A program made the position numbers and the translations under genes. A stretch of 64,000 nt of DNA, taken from positions 3,456,001-3,520,000 of the forward strand of contig OZ240241.1 of NCBI GenBank assembly GCA_965198115.1, read 5' to 3'. This DNA is from Candidatus Latescibacterota bacterium (GTDB taxonomy: Bacteria > Latescibacterota > UBA2968). Position 1 is the first letter of the stretch; every line of letters begins with the position of its first letter. The notes beneath the pieces were generated by a model, which saw only the letters and a list, made by a program, of their open reading frames with translations, made no database searches and was not told where the DNA came from. Positions 19,762 through 29,608 of the stretch are shown in pieces.

Positions 19762-21336
19762 TCACCGCCCCTGCATCACGGCCACGGGCAGAATCATCTC
19801 TTCCAGAGATATTCCTCCGTGCTGGAAACTGTTTGCGTATTGTCGCTGATACTCGTGGAACCGCGTGGGATACACGAAGTAATAGTCTTCCTTCGCGAAG
19901 ATGAAATTAGTTCCGACGCCGACGCTCGGGAGGCCATACGTGTCCGGGTCTTTCAAGTAGACGGCGTTTTTGACGTCGCACTTCAGACTCTTCCCGAACT
20001 TGTAACGCAGGTTAGTCGACGTGTCCCTGTTCCCACGGACCATCGTCGCCCGATTGCTCATCACACAACCGTGATCGGTCGTCAAAACGACGACGGAGTC
20101 GGTCGCCGCCAGACGTCTCAGCATCTCGAACAGGGACGAATGCGCGAACCAGGAACGCATTAGCGACCGGAACGCCGGCTCGTTCGGCGCCATCTCCTGC
20201 AGCAGTTCGGATTCGGACCGACCGTGGGTCAACATATCCAGAAAATTGTAGACGACCGACATCAGCGGGAAGGCTCTGTAGGCGTGGACCTTCTTCACCA
20301 TATGATTGCCCTCGGCGATGTCGAGCACTTTTACATAGCGTGTCTCCAGTTTGAGCGTCGGATCGATCTCTTCGAGTTGTCGGTCGAGAAGCTGGTGTTC
20401 GTGCCGGTTCCGGCTTTGGTCATCGTCTCGCGGCGTCTTCCATTCATCGGGGTAAAGTTTGGCGATGTCGCACGGGAACAACCCGCCAAAAATTGCGTTC
20501 CGCGAGTAAGGCGTCGCCGTCGGCAGAATCGAGTAATGGTAGTGCTGCTCCACGTGGAACAGCTCGTTCAACATCGGCAGGATCGCCATATAGTGATCGA
20601 GCCTCAGACAGTCCAGGACGACGAAGAACACCTGCCGACCCTCCAGCAGCCGTGGCGCGACGAACTCCGACACGATGTCCACTGAAAGAAGCGGGGAATC
20701 CTCCTCGTCTTGGATCCACCGCCCGTAGTGCGCCTCCACGAACCGACCAAATTCGTGGTTGCAGGTCCGGCGAAGATCTTCTTGCATCTTCAGCAGGCCG
20801 GGATCGAAGAACCGCTCCAGTTCGAGATCCCACTCAGAACACCGGACGTGAATGTCGATCCAGTCCTGCCACGACGCAGCTTCACGGACCTGGTCTCGAA
20901 TGCGGTTGGCCGCAGCCACGAAATCCTGACCCATCCTGTCTTTCATGATCTGCCGGGCATCGAGGAGTTTCTTGCAGGCCATCAGGATCTGACTCGGGTT
21001 CACGGGTTTCGTCAAATAGTCGTCGATACGCTGGCCGAGTGCCTGTTCCATCAACCGCTCTTCTTCGTTCTTCGTGATCATAATCACCGGAATGTGCGGG
21101 TTGATGTCCTTGATGGCCGTGAGCGTCGACAGACCATCCCGCCCCGGCATCATTTCGTCGAGCAGAACCACGTCGGCACCCTGTTTCTGCACGTGCGTAA
21201 TGGCATCGTCACCGTTCGTCACGGGTTCGACGTCGTAGCCACGCTCTTTCAAGAAGATGATGTGTGGACGCAGCAGATCGATCTCGTCGTCCGCCCACAG
21301 GATCCGCTTGGCATCTGTTTCAACTGTCGTCGTCAT
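19762..21336 (-). CDS. PorX-like response regulator (REC plus PglZ/alkaline-phosphatase domain)
   Basis: ILWADDEIDLLRPH, LLDEMMPG, DCLRLD, SILPTATPYSRNAIF, TTDHG, FQHGGISLEEM. Confidence 0.92.
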   Translation of the reverse strand: MTTTVETDAKRILWADDEIDLLRPHIIFLKERGYDVEPVTNGDDAITHVQKQGADVVLLDEMMPGRDGLSTLTAIKDINPHIPVIMITKNEEERLMEQALGQRIDDYLTKPVNPSQILMACKKLLDARQIMKDRMGQDFVAAANRIRDQVREAASWQDWIDIHVRCSEWDLELERFFDPGLLKMQEDLRRTCNHEFGRFVEAHYGRWIQDEEDSPLLSVDIVSEFVAPRLLEGRQVFFVVLDCLRLDHYMAILPMLNELFHVEQHYHYSILPTATPYSRNAIFGGLFPCDIAKLYPDEWKTPRDDDQSRNRHEHQLLDRQLEEIDPTLKLETRYVKVLDIAEGNHMVKKVHAYRAFPLMSVVYNFLDMLTHGRSESELLQEMAPNEPAFRSLMRSWFAHSSLFEMLRRLAATDSVVVLTTDHGCVMSNRATMVRGNRDTSTNLRYKFGKSLKCDVKNAVYLKDPDTYGLPSVGVGTNFIFAKEDYYFVYPTRFHEYQRQYANSFQHGGISLEEMILPVAVMQGR

Positions 21337-21380
21337 CCTCGCTACCTTTCCATACTCGATGCTCGTGGTTCCTCGATGGC

Positions 21381-22703
21381 TTACGCTTCGGCCTTCGGCG
21401 TCGGTAGACAGATGAGGAACGTCGTCCCCTTGCCCGGCGCGCTTTCCTCGATCGTGATCCGACCGTTGTGGTAATCTTCGACAATTCGCTTGACAAAGGC
21501 GAGCCCGAGCCCCCACCCGCGCTTCCTCGTGCTGTAACCGGGGATGAACACCTGCTTCAGAGCGTTGGGGGCAATACCCTTACCGTTGTCTTTCACCGTC
21601 ATATCGACCCACTCTCCCTCTTCCCGCACCTTCGTCGTCACCTCGATACGGCCGCCCGGGCGACCTTCGATCGCGTCGGCCGCGTTCTTGAACAGATTCT
21701 CCATCGCCCAGCCGAGCAGCTCACGATTCATGGGCACCGACGGCGTCGGACCCGGCAGATATTCGAACGTCACCTCGCTCGGCAGCCGGCGTTTCAGATA
21801 CGCCTCTGTTTCCGTCACCACGTCCCCGAGTTTTCCCATCCGGAGCTCTGGAATCGAGCCAATCTGACTGAACCGCGAAGCGATCTTGTTCAGCCGGCTC
21901 GTATCCTGTTCCATCTCGACGGTGATCTGCTCCAGACGTTCGACCAACTTCTGCTCTCCGTCCTCTTCCGCCGTCTGGATCTGGGCCTTGAGCAACTCGG
22001 TCCACCCCGACAGCGATGAAAGGGGGGTACCGAGCTGATGCGCCGTTTCCCGAGCCATTCCGACCCAGATCGATCGTTGCTCACTGTTCTTGATGTGACG
22101 GAACCCGGCGTATCCCACGCCGATGAACAACCCGGTCGCGGCCAGGGCGAGCCACGGAAGCCAGTAGAGACGGCTGACGAGCGACGAGTCGCCGTAGTGG
22201 AGGATGCGGTCGCCGATGTAGGGAATCGTCATCCGCAGAGGAGGATTCTGAAGGTCGAGTCGACTGACCGTCGACCGTACGCGCTGAAGCGTCTCTTCGG
22301 TCGGATCGTCGGGCGGAATGTCGATCCCCTTCCAGTACTGGGGAATCCCCTCAGTGTCTGTGATGACGACCGGAAACTCACTGTCCTTGATCATCTCGAA
22401 GATCGTCGTTAAATCGGCGCCCGAATCGGCCACGACGATCGTGTCCTGCGTCGCCAGTTTGTAGCTGAAGGCATAGAACTCGATCATCTGCCGGGCCACC
22501 TGTCGGGCAGGTCGCACCACGAAGACCTGCGTGTAGATGAGGAAGGCCAGGATCAGAACGACCGCCGACAGGAAAAAGTAGGCTCCGAACCGCCTGCTGT
22601 TCGAGACGACGACGGACCAGAGGTCTACGCTTCGTTTGCCGGGCCTGGATTCGGCAGGCCGGCGTGCGATCGTGGGTGCGACGGTGTCAGCCATAAGGAT
22701 CAC
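21381..22703 (-). CDS. Membrane sensor histidine kinase
   Basis: Two TM segments, ETAHQLGTPLSSL, ENLFKNA, DNGKG, GWGLGL. Confidence 0.93.
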   Translation of the reverse strand: MILMADTVAPTIARRPAESRPGKRSVDLWSVVVSNSRRFGAYFFLSAVVLILAFLIYTQVFVVRPARQVARQMIEFYAFSYKLATQDTIVVADSGADLTTIFEMIKDSEFPVVITDTEGIPQYWKGIDIPPDDPTEETLQRVRSTVSRLDLQNPPLRMTIPYIGDRILHYGDSSLVSRLYWLPWLALAATGLFIGVGYAGFRHIKNSEQRSIWVGMARETAHQLGTPLSSLSGWTELLKAQIQTAEEDGEQKLVERLEQITVEMEQDTSRLNKIASRFSQIGSIPELRMGKLGDVVTETEAYLKRRLPSEVTFEYLPGPTPSVPMNRELLGWAMENLFKNAADAIEGRPGGRIEVTTKVREEGEWVDMTVKDNGKGIAPNALKQVFIPGYSTRKRGWGLGLAFVKRIVEDYHNGRITIEESAPGKGTTFLICLPTPKAEA

Positions 22704-23717
22704 TCATTGTGACTCATCGGTCGTGAGTTGGACCGGCCGGGGCGCTTTGGTCGCCGCATCATCGGCCTGTGGGGGGGTGGCCGCCCGGCATTCATCGGCG
22801 AATCCGGAGCGAACCAGCACGAGCCCTCCGAGAAAGACGGCGAACCACAGCGTGCAGGTGCGGATCAGAAAGGTCGCGGCCACAGCGCCTTCGAGCCCCA
22901 CACCGTGCAGGCCGAGCAGGGCGGTCATGCTAGCCTCGGTCGTCCCGAGACCGCCGGGAAGAAAAGTGACTGCGCCAAAGATCGTTGCAAACGAATAGAT
23001 AAACGTGCTCGAAACAACGCCGATGTCGTAGCCGAACCCGAGGAGGATGACGTAGAGTCCTACACACTCCGCAAACCAGGCAGCCACGGCGAGACCCAGG
23101 GCTTGCACGAACGCCGCAGGTGAGAGCAGCAGACGCGCACCCTCGTGAGCCTGAGCAAGGGGCTCAGCGAGACGTCCGAAAGCCGGCAGCCGGCTGATCA
23201 CGCCGATAAGACTCTTAAGAGCGCCTGGCCAAAAAACGAGCAGGAGCAAGGCAACTGAACCGGCCATCGCGACGGCCAGCGTGAGCGCACCTTCCCGGAA
23301 CGAGAGAATCCCGATCAGGCTCAGGAGTGTCAGTCCGACGAAGTCCGTCAGCCGCTCGGCAAAGACGACGGAGGAGGTCGTGCCGACCGGAGTACCCGTG
23401 CGCTCGTGAATCAAGACCGCTTTCATCAACTCGCCCGCCTTCCCGGGCGTCACGGACAGCACGAGCCCAGACAAGAAAACGCGCAAACTGTCTGTCCGTT
23501 CCACCTCGATGGAGAGACGGTTCAGGTAACCCTCCCATCGACAGAACCGGAGGCCGTAGTTCGTGAGGGCGAGCCCGAGCGCGAGGGGGACTACGATCCA
23601 ATCGAATCGGGCAAGGGCCCCTAACAGGCGGTCGTCATCAAGATAGACCGAAAAGCCCAGAAAAACGAGGGCTCCGAGCCCAATTGATAAGTAAATCTTC
23701 TTGTAGATAGATGTCAA
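22704..23717 (-). CDS. Lysylphosphatidylglycerol synthase TM-domain / flippase-like protein (UPF0104)
   Basis: Polytopic; TPGKAGE, ERLTD, PGGLG..E motifs. Confidence 0.85.
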   Translation of the reverse strand: MTSIYKKIYLSIGLGALVFLGFSVYLDDDRLLGALARFDWIVVPLALGLALTNYGLRFCRWEGYLNRLSIEVERTDSLRVFLSGLVLSVTPGKAGELMKAVLIHERTGTPVGTTSSVVFAERLTDFVGLTLLSLIGILSFREGALTLAVAMAGSVALLLLVFWPGALKSLIGVISRLPAFGRLAEPLAQAHEGARLLLSPAAFVQALGLAVAAWFAECVGLYVILLGFGYDIGVVSSTFIYSFATIFGAVTFLPGGLGTTEASMTALLGLHGVGLEGAVAATFLIRTCTLWFAVFLGGLVLVRSGFADECRAATPPQADDAATKAPRPVQLTTDESQ

Positions 23718-24040
23718 AATTAGCCTTCGTGTTGTCCAGTCCGCTCCTCAGTGGCGAGTGGTCTCACCTCCGTAGGTACCCACGAGGGTCTTCCCCCCGC
23801 GGGCGTATAAATTTTGAATAAATCACATATTATCAATAATTTATACACTATTCAAAAACTCCTCAATATTCGTTTGCACATCCACACCCATTCATCTATG
23901 TTTATACAACTTATGCGAAACCTTGTTGATATTGTGCGGCAAGGAATTCGTCAACCAATACTAAGAAAGTTGGTCTGTCCTGTCAGGGGATTCTCTCCCC
24001 CGGCGGGCAAAATCCCAGTGGAAAGGAGGGATGCCCGGTT

Positions 24041-24235
24041 ATGCCCGGTGTCCTCGTGAGAGACGACGAACCGTTCGAGCGCGCGCTCAAGCGGTTCAAA
24101 AAGACCTGCGAAAAGGCAGGCATCATTTCCGACATGAAGAAGCATCAGCACTTCGAAAAGCCCAGCGAGCGGAGGAAGCGCAAGCTGAATGCGGCCAAAC
24201 GCAAGCGAATGAAGCTGGACTCGAGTCGATACTAA
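24041..24235 (+). CDS. rpsU: 30S ribosomal protein bS21
   Basis: [22 protein letters not shown]; AAGGAGG RBS. Confidence 0.97.
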   Translation: MPGVLVRDDEPFERALKRFKKTCEKAGIISDMKKHQHFEKPSERRKRKLNAAKRKRMKLDSSRY

Positions 24236-24255
24236 TTTCATTATAGGATCGATCC

Positions 24256-24290
24256 GCCGCACCAATCTCACGGTTGGTGCGGTTTTTCTT
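24256..24290 (+). terminator. Rho-independent terminator after rpsU
   Basis: CCGCACCAA/TTGGTGCGG stem followed by TTTTTCTT. Confidence 0.8.
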
Positions 24291-24336
24291 TGTGTTGCGG
24301 CCGACGCTCGGCCCGCGATTGACTATATTTTGAGCC

Positions 24337-24960
24337 GTGAACGTCAACCTACTCGATGCTATTTTGGGAGTCGGACTCGCCTGGGCAGCGTTTCGTGGCT
24401 GGCAGACGGGAATGGTCAGGAGTTTGATCGGTTTGGCCGGTCTTCTTCTGGCCTATTTCGCAGCCTTTTACTACGGTGAGGCCGCGGGGTCCCTGTTCGA
24501 GGACGGCACGCTCGCTGCGGTCGCCGGTATCGTTCTCGTGTTCGCGCTCGTCCTCGTCGTTTTCTACCTCATCGGGCGAATGGCGCAGGCCTTCCTGAAC
24601 GCCACGCCGCTCGGCATCGTCGATACCCTTTTTGGCGGCCTGCTCGGAGTAGGCAAAGCGGTCCTGGTGTTCGGCCTCCTTCTGATTCTGGCACAGAACG
24701 AACCGCTCCACAGCCGAATACACGGCCTTGTAGAAAATTCCGCGCTGGCCGGCCCCATTCAGAAGTCGTCGCTCGTCCTGATCGACCAGATCCTCGTCAT
24801 CGCCCCCGACGTCGAACGCTTCCTCGACGAAGCCGCCATCCGACTGCCCGGAGAGCACCCCCCGGTTGTCGAGACGCTAGAAACAGGCACGGGAAAATTC
24901 ACGGAGAAGATCGGCGAAATTGTCAACGAGTCGAAAAAGCGCCTGGAAGCGGGTAAGTGA
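24337..24960 (+). CDS. cvpA: CvpA-family membrane protein
   Basis: NLLD...G..G, DTLFGGLLG; four TM segments; directly upstream of mutS2. Confidence 0.85.
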   Translation: MNVNLLDAILGVGLAWAAFRGWQTGMVRSLIGLAGLLLAYFAAFYYGEAAGSLFEDGTLAAVAGIVLVFALVLVVFYLIGRMAQAFLNATPLGIVDTLFGGLLGVGKAVLVFGLLLILAQNEPLHSRIHGLVENSALAGPIQKSSLVLIDQILVIAPDVERFLDEAAIRLPGEHPPVVETLETGTGKFTEKIGEIVNESKKRLEAGK

Positions 24961-27326
24961 ACGTCTCCGACGAAACCGCCCTCACGCTCGAATACACCAA
25001 GGTTGTCGACAGCATCAGCGAGCGGACGGCGTCAAAACTGGGCAAGGAGATCGTCCAGTCGACACGCCCGGCCGAGGACCCCCACCAAATCGAAAGTCGT
25101 CTTCGCCCCGTCCTCGAGACGATGGACCTCATCGCCTTCGACGACCCCCTGACGGCCTTTCACGTTCCCGACATTCGAAGGTCCCTGGAGTCAACGGCAA
25201 CGCCCGGCACCGTACTCGAGATTCGAGAACTGCTCGACATCGGTCACGTCCTGAATGCCAGCGAACGAGTACGGGCTTACGTCGGAAAGCGGAAATCAAA
25301 ATACCCCCACCTCCACGACCTGACCGACCAGCTGACGACCCATCCCGAACTGGTCAAGGAGCTCGATCGGGTGCTCGATCCGTCGACCGAATCGGTTCGC
25401 GACAACGCGAGCCCCGAATTGCGCCGGCTCAGACGCAACATCGAGCAAGTACGCGACACGATTCGAGACCAGGCCGACGCCGTACTGCAACGTCTACCCG
25501 ACACAGTCGTCCAGGACCGTCTGCTCACGATCAGGAATGGCCGTTACGTCATTCCCGTCCGCGAGAGCCAAAAGGGGCGCGTCGAGGGCATCGTGCACGA
25601 CCAGTCCGCAACCGGGCAGACGGTCTTCATCGAGCCGATGGTCGCGGTCCAAAGCAGCAACCGGCTGCGTCAACTCGAGCTGGCGGAACGGCAGGAAGTC
25701 TTGCGCATTCTCCGCCGTCTGGCCGAGGCCATCGCCGACATCCGCGACGACATCGGCGGGAACCTGGGCATCCTCGGACAGTTCGACGCGATCTATGCCA
25801 AGGCCAGCTACGCACGAGACGTCGACGCGACCGAACCTCTGTTCAACGACGAAGGTCTGTTCCGACTGAACGGCGCCCGCCATCCGATCCTTTTCCAACG
25901 AATGCGCCTGACCGACCACGAAGGCGATGTCGTTCCCCTGGACCTCCTGCTGGGCACCGAGTCCTACTGGACCCTGATCCTCACCGGACCCAACGCGGGG
26001 GGAAAGACCGTCGCCCTCAAAACCATCGGTCTGCTCGCCCTGATGGCCCACGCCGGCCTTCCGATTCCAGCTCAACCCAGGTCCGAAATCCCCAGGCTGT
26101 CCGGCGTCTTTGCCGATATCGGCGACCTTCAATCGATCGAGAACGACCTGAGCACCTTCTCATCCCACGCCGCCAACCTCGCCCGCGTATGCAAGGAGGC
26201 CGACGGCCGGTCTCTCGTGTTGCTCGACGAAATCGGAGCGAGCACCGACCCCGACCAGGGCTCGGCCCTCGCAGTCGCCCTGTTGACGGAGCTCACGGCC
26301 CGCGGCGCCCGAACGGTCGCGACGACGCACCACGGTACGCTCAAAGCCTTCGCCCACGAAACGGACGGTATCGAGAACGGGTCGATGGCCTTCGACGCCC
26401 AGACCTTGCAGCCGACTTTCACCCTCCGACTTCAGGTGCCGGGCAGCAGCTACGCGTTCGAAATCGCACGACGGTTCGGACTTCCCGACGCGATCGTCGA
26501 CGAGGCCCAGAAGCTCGCCGGCGAGGAGGTGGGAAGGGTCGAAACCTTGATCCAGAAGCTCGACGATACCCATCGAACCTATCAGGTGCAGCTCGAAGCC
26601 GTGGAGAAGGAACGTCGGGAGATCGCCGCAACCAGGACGGACTACGATCAGCGTCTGGAACAGATCCGGCAACGAGAGCGCGACCTTCGGCGGAATGCGC
26701 AGGAAGAAGCCAGACAGATTCTGAACGACGCCAACGCCCTGATCGAACGGACCGTCCAGGAAATCCGCCAGTCGAAGGCGGAGACGAAAGCGATACGCGA
26801 GGCGCACAGGGCTGTCGGGGATGCCCGCGCGAGTCTAGACCGTCGTATCCGGCGTGCCGAACCGCAACGCCCACCCGTCCAAGCGTCCGCCGGCGATATC
26901 GTCTTCATCCCGCGCCTCAATCAAACCGGTAGGGTCCTCTCCGAAGGATCGAGACTGATGGTCGAGGTCGGGGCCCTCAAAGTCGAAGTCTCCCCACGCG
27001 AAATCGAGATTCGGGAGAGGAAACCCGAGTCGGTCGTCGACGCGCGAGAAGCCGTCAAAGCCACCCGCGATCGCGACGTCGATCTCGACGTCGACCTGCG
27101 CGGTTTGACCTTCGACGAGGCGGCAGACGTCGTCGATCGCTACATCGACGACTTGATGCTGGCCGGAATGGAGCGAGCGGCCATCATCCACGGCAAGGGC
27201 ACGGGAGCGCTCCGCCAGAAAATCGGGGACTACCTTCGCAACGACCCGCGCATCAAGAGCCAGCGTCTCGGCCATCACGACGAAGGCGGCAGCGGTGTCA
27301 CCGTTGTGGAGTTGGAGGTCGATTAG
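24957..27326 (+). CDS. mutS2: Endonuclease MutS2 with C-terminal Smr domain
   Basis: HDQSATGQTVFIEP, TGPNAGGKT, LSTFSSH, LLDEIG, DLRG..IIHGKGTG. Confidence 0.96.
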   Translation: MNVSDETALTLEYTKVVDSISERTASKLGKEIVQSTRPAEDPHQIESRLRPVLETMDLIAFDDPLTAFHVPDIRRSLESTATPGTVLEIRELLDIGHVLNASERVRAYVGKRKSKYPHLHDLTDQLTTHPELVKELDRVLDPSTESVRDNASPELRRLRRNIEQVRDTIRDQADAVLQRLPDTVVQDRLLTIRNGRYVIPVRESQKGRVEGIVHDQSATGQTVFIEPMVAVQSSNRLRQLELAERQEVLRILRRLAEAIADIRDDIGGNLGILGQFDAIYAKASYARDVDATEPLFNDEGLFRLNGARHPILFQRMRLTDHEGDVVPLDLLLGTESYWTLILTGPNAGGKTVALKTIGLLALMAHAGLPIPAQPRSEIPRLSGVFADIGDLQSIENDLSTFSSHAANLARVCKEADGRSLVLLDEIGASTDPDQGSALAVALLTELTARGARTVATTHHGTLKAFAHETDGIENGSMAFDAQTLQPTFTLRLQVPGSSYAFEIARRFGLPDAIVDEAQKLAGEEVGRVETLIQKLDDTHRTYQVQLEAVEKERREIAATRTDYDQRLEQIRQRERDLRRNAQEEARQILNDANALIERTVQEIRQSKAETKAIREAHRAVGDARASLDRRIRRAEPQRPPVQASAGDIVFIPRLNQTGRVLSEGSRLMVEVGALKVEVSPREIEIRERKPESVVDAREAVKATRDRDVDLDVDLRGLTFDEAADVVDRYIDDLMLAGMERAAIIHGKGTGALRQKIGDYLRNDPRIKSQRLGHHDEGGSGVTVVELEVD

Positions 27327-27447
27327 TCTGGCGGCTAATCGACCGGTGTCCGGTGTTCAGAATTCAGGACATCGCACTCACCGAAGACCGGTCCAGTTGC
27401 GTCTGTCCTGCGTTTTGGTTTTCCCTGAACACCGAACAATGAACACT
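27317..27447. repeat. Hairpin plus inverted heptamer repeats in the mutS2-ispG spacer
   Basis: GGTCGATTAGTC/GGCTAATCGACC stem over the stop codon; CGGTGTC-CGGTGTT-CAGAATT-CAGGACA opposite TGAACAC-CGAACAA-TGAACAC. Confidence 0.55.
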
Positions 27448-27479
27448 CGCTTTTACGCGGCCGGGGGCCGCACAAACTG

Positions 27480-29411
27480 ATGCTCATCGACGAACTGACC
27501 CAACCTCGCTACTGCGAATCGCTGACCGAATACCGGCGTCTCCCGACGCGTGTCGTCGACATCGGCGGTGTTCCTCTCGGAGGTCACCATCCGATCCGCG
27601 TCCAGTCGATGACCACGACCGACTCGATGGATACGGTCGCGACAGTCGAACAGTCTATCAGGATCATCGAAGCTGGAGCAGACTACGTCCGCATTACTGC
27701 GCCCAGCCAGAACGAAGCACGCAACCTGGAATCGATCAAAAACGAACTCCGCAGGCGCGGCTATACCGCTCCCCTCGTCGCAGACATTCACTTTACACCG
27801 AACGCCGCCGAAATCGCCGCCCGAATCGTCGAAAAAGTTCGCGTCAACCCGGGGAATTACGCCGACAAGAAACGGTTCGACATCCGCGAGTACACCGACG
27901 CCGAGTACGACGCCGAATTAGCTCGTATCCGAGAACGGTTCAGCCCGCTCGTCGAGATCTGCAAGCAGCACGGCACGGCGATGCGCATCGGCACGAACCA
28001 CGGGTCGTTGTCCGACCGGATCATGAACCGATATGGCGACACGCCGTTGGGAATGGTCGAGTCTGCGCTCGAGTTCACCCGCATCTGTCGGGACCTCGAC
28101 TATCACGACATCGTGTTCTCGATGAAGGCCAGCAACCCGCAGGTGATGGTCCAGGCCTACCGGCTGCTCGTCGATCGAATGGGCGCGGAACAAATGGATT
28201 ACCCGCTACACCTCGGCGTCACCGAGGCGGGCGACGGCGAAGACGGCCGTATCAAATCCGCCGTCGGCATCGGCACGCTTCTAGAAGACGGTCTTGGGGA
28301 CACGATCAGAGTCTCCCTCACCGAAGAACCCGAGGCCGAAGTCCCTGTCTGCATCAGTCTGCTGCGACGATACGCGCACCGAGCCGACCACGCCCCGATC
28401 GAACCCGTACCGTCGAGTCCGATCGATCCTTTCGTCTACACGCGCCGTGCGAGCCACAACGTCGACCGCGTCGGCCGCGACACGCCCCCGGTCGTCATCG
28501 CCTCCGTCGACACGACGGACGATCCCGCGCACCTCGCCCCGTTCGGCTACGACTACGACCCTGCCCTCGACAAATGGAACATCGGCGATATGGCCGTCGA
28601 CTACGTGTATCTTGGCGATCGCGACGTAGCCTATGAGCTACCGGGCACGCTCGGCAAGCTTCTGAACGCGCAGGCCTGGTCGAGCCTCCCGAACACGTCC
28701 AACGCATACCCGATACAGAGCCTGTCCGACTATCTCGATTCAGGGGCCCTAACGGACCGATGTCACTTCATCGCTTGTCACGCCGCCGACCTGGACGACG
28801 TGGCGATTCGTGCGCTCGCGAGCGATCGGGCTTCCATACTCGTCCTGGAAACGCACAACACCCACGCGATGCCGGAACTCCGACGCGCCTTCATTCAGCT
28901 GATCGAAGCCGCGGCCGATCTACCGGTCGTCATCAGGCGCCGCTACGACACCCCCGAGGATCGGTTGATGCTCGACGCGGCAAGCGACCTGGGTGGTCTC
29001 CTCATCGACGGCCTTGGTGACGGAGTCTGGATCGAATCCGACTCTGTTTCCTCCCATCTCGTCAACCGCACGGCCTTCGGCACGCTTCAGGCGACCCGTA
29101 CGCGGATCTCCAAGACGGAATACATCTCCTGCCCATCGTGTGGTCGCACGCTGTTCGACCTCGTCGAAACGACCGCGATGATTCGGGAGCGGACGAGCCA
29201 CCTCAAGGGCCTCAAGATCGGCATTATGGGGTGCATCGTGAACGGTCCCGGCGAAATGGCCGACGCGGACTACGGCTACGTCGGCTCCGGTCCCGGTCAA
29301 ATCACGCTTTACCGAGGCCAGGAGATCGTCAAGCGAAACATTCCGACAGCGGATGCGCTCGAGGAAATGATCGACCTCATACGTGGCGACGGCCGATGGA
29401 TGGAAGCTTGA
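27480..29411 (+). CDS. ispG: HMBPP synthase IspG, long form with insertion domain
   Basis: IRVQSMT, PLVADIHF, RIGTNHGSLS, PLHLGVTEAG, SCPSCGRT, MGCIVNGPGE; 643 aa. Confidence 0.97.
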   Translation: MLIDELTQPRYCESLTEYRRLPTRVVDIGGVPLGGHHPIRVQSMTTTDSMDTVATVEQSIRIIEAGADYVRITAPSQNEARNLESIKNELRRRGYTAPLVADIHFTPNAAEIAARIVEKVRVNPGNYADKKRFDIREYTDAEYDAELARIRERFSPLVEICKQHGTAMRIGTNHGSLSDRIMNRYGDTPLGMVESALEFTRICRDLDYHDIVFSMKASNPQVMVQAYRLLVDRMGAEQMDYPLHLGVTEAGDGEDGRIKSAVGIGTLLEDGLGDTIRVSLTEEPEAEVPVCISLLRRYAHRADHAPIEPVPSSPIDPFVYTRRASHNVDRVGRDTPPVVIASVDTTDDPAHLAPFGYDYDPALDKWNIGDMAVDYVYLGDRDVAYELPGTLGKLLNAQAWSSLPNTSNAYPIQSLSDYLDSGALTDRCHFIACHAADLDDVAIRALASDRASILVLETHNTHAMPELRRAFIQLIEAAADLPVVIRRRYDTPEDRLMLDAASDLGGLLIDGLGDGVWIESDSVSSHLVNRTAFGTLQATRTRISKTEYISCPSCGRTLFDLVETTAMIRERTSHLKGLKIGIMGCIVNGPGEMADADYGYVGSGPGQITLYRGQEIVKRNIPTADALEEMIDLIRGDGRWMEA

Positions 29412-29415
29412 GACC

Positions 29416-29560
29416 ATTAGGGAATTGGGAAATTAGGAAATTACCGTATTGAAAATCGGTGCGTGTGTGTCTTTAACGCGAGCTGGCAGTGGGGGCAGGA
29501 AATGGCTACCTTCCTTACCAACAATTCCTCGATTCCCTAATTTCAAATATTTCCTAATTC
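29416..29560. repeat. Inverted octamer repeat arrays in the ispG-dnaG spacer
   Basis: ATTAGGGA-ATTGGGAA-ATTAGGAA-ATT on the left and AATTCCTC-GATTCCCT-AATTTC...TTTCCTAATT on the right. Confidence 0.7.
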
Positions 29561-29608
29561 GCCTCTCCTCTTCCGCTCGACATCTCTCCCCGGGGATGGT
29601 TTTCCCTC

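Noticed and set aside
19762-21336. BREX defence system suggested by the PglZ domain
   Set aside because: The REC-PglZ fusion next to tsaE is PorX-type, and no brxC, pglX or brxL is present.
23814-24059. 81-aa ORF upstream of rpsU
   Set aside because: Lies in an AT-rich divergent promoter region with atypical composition and overlaps rpsU.
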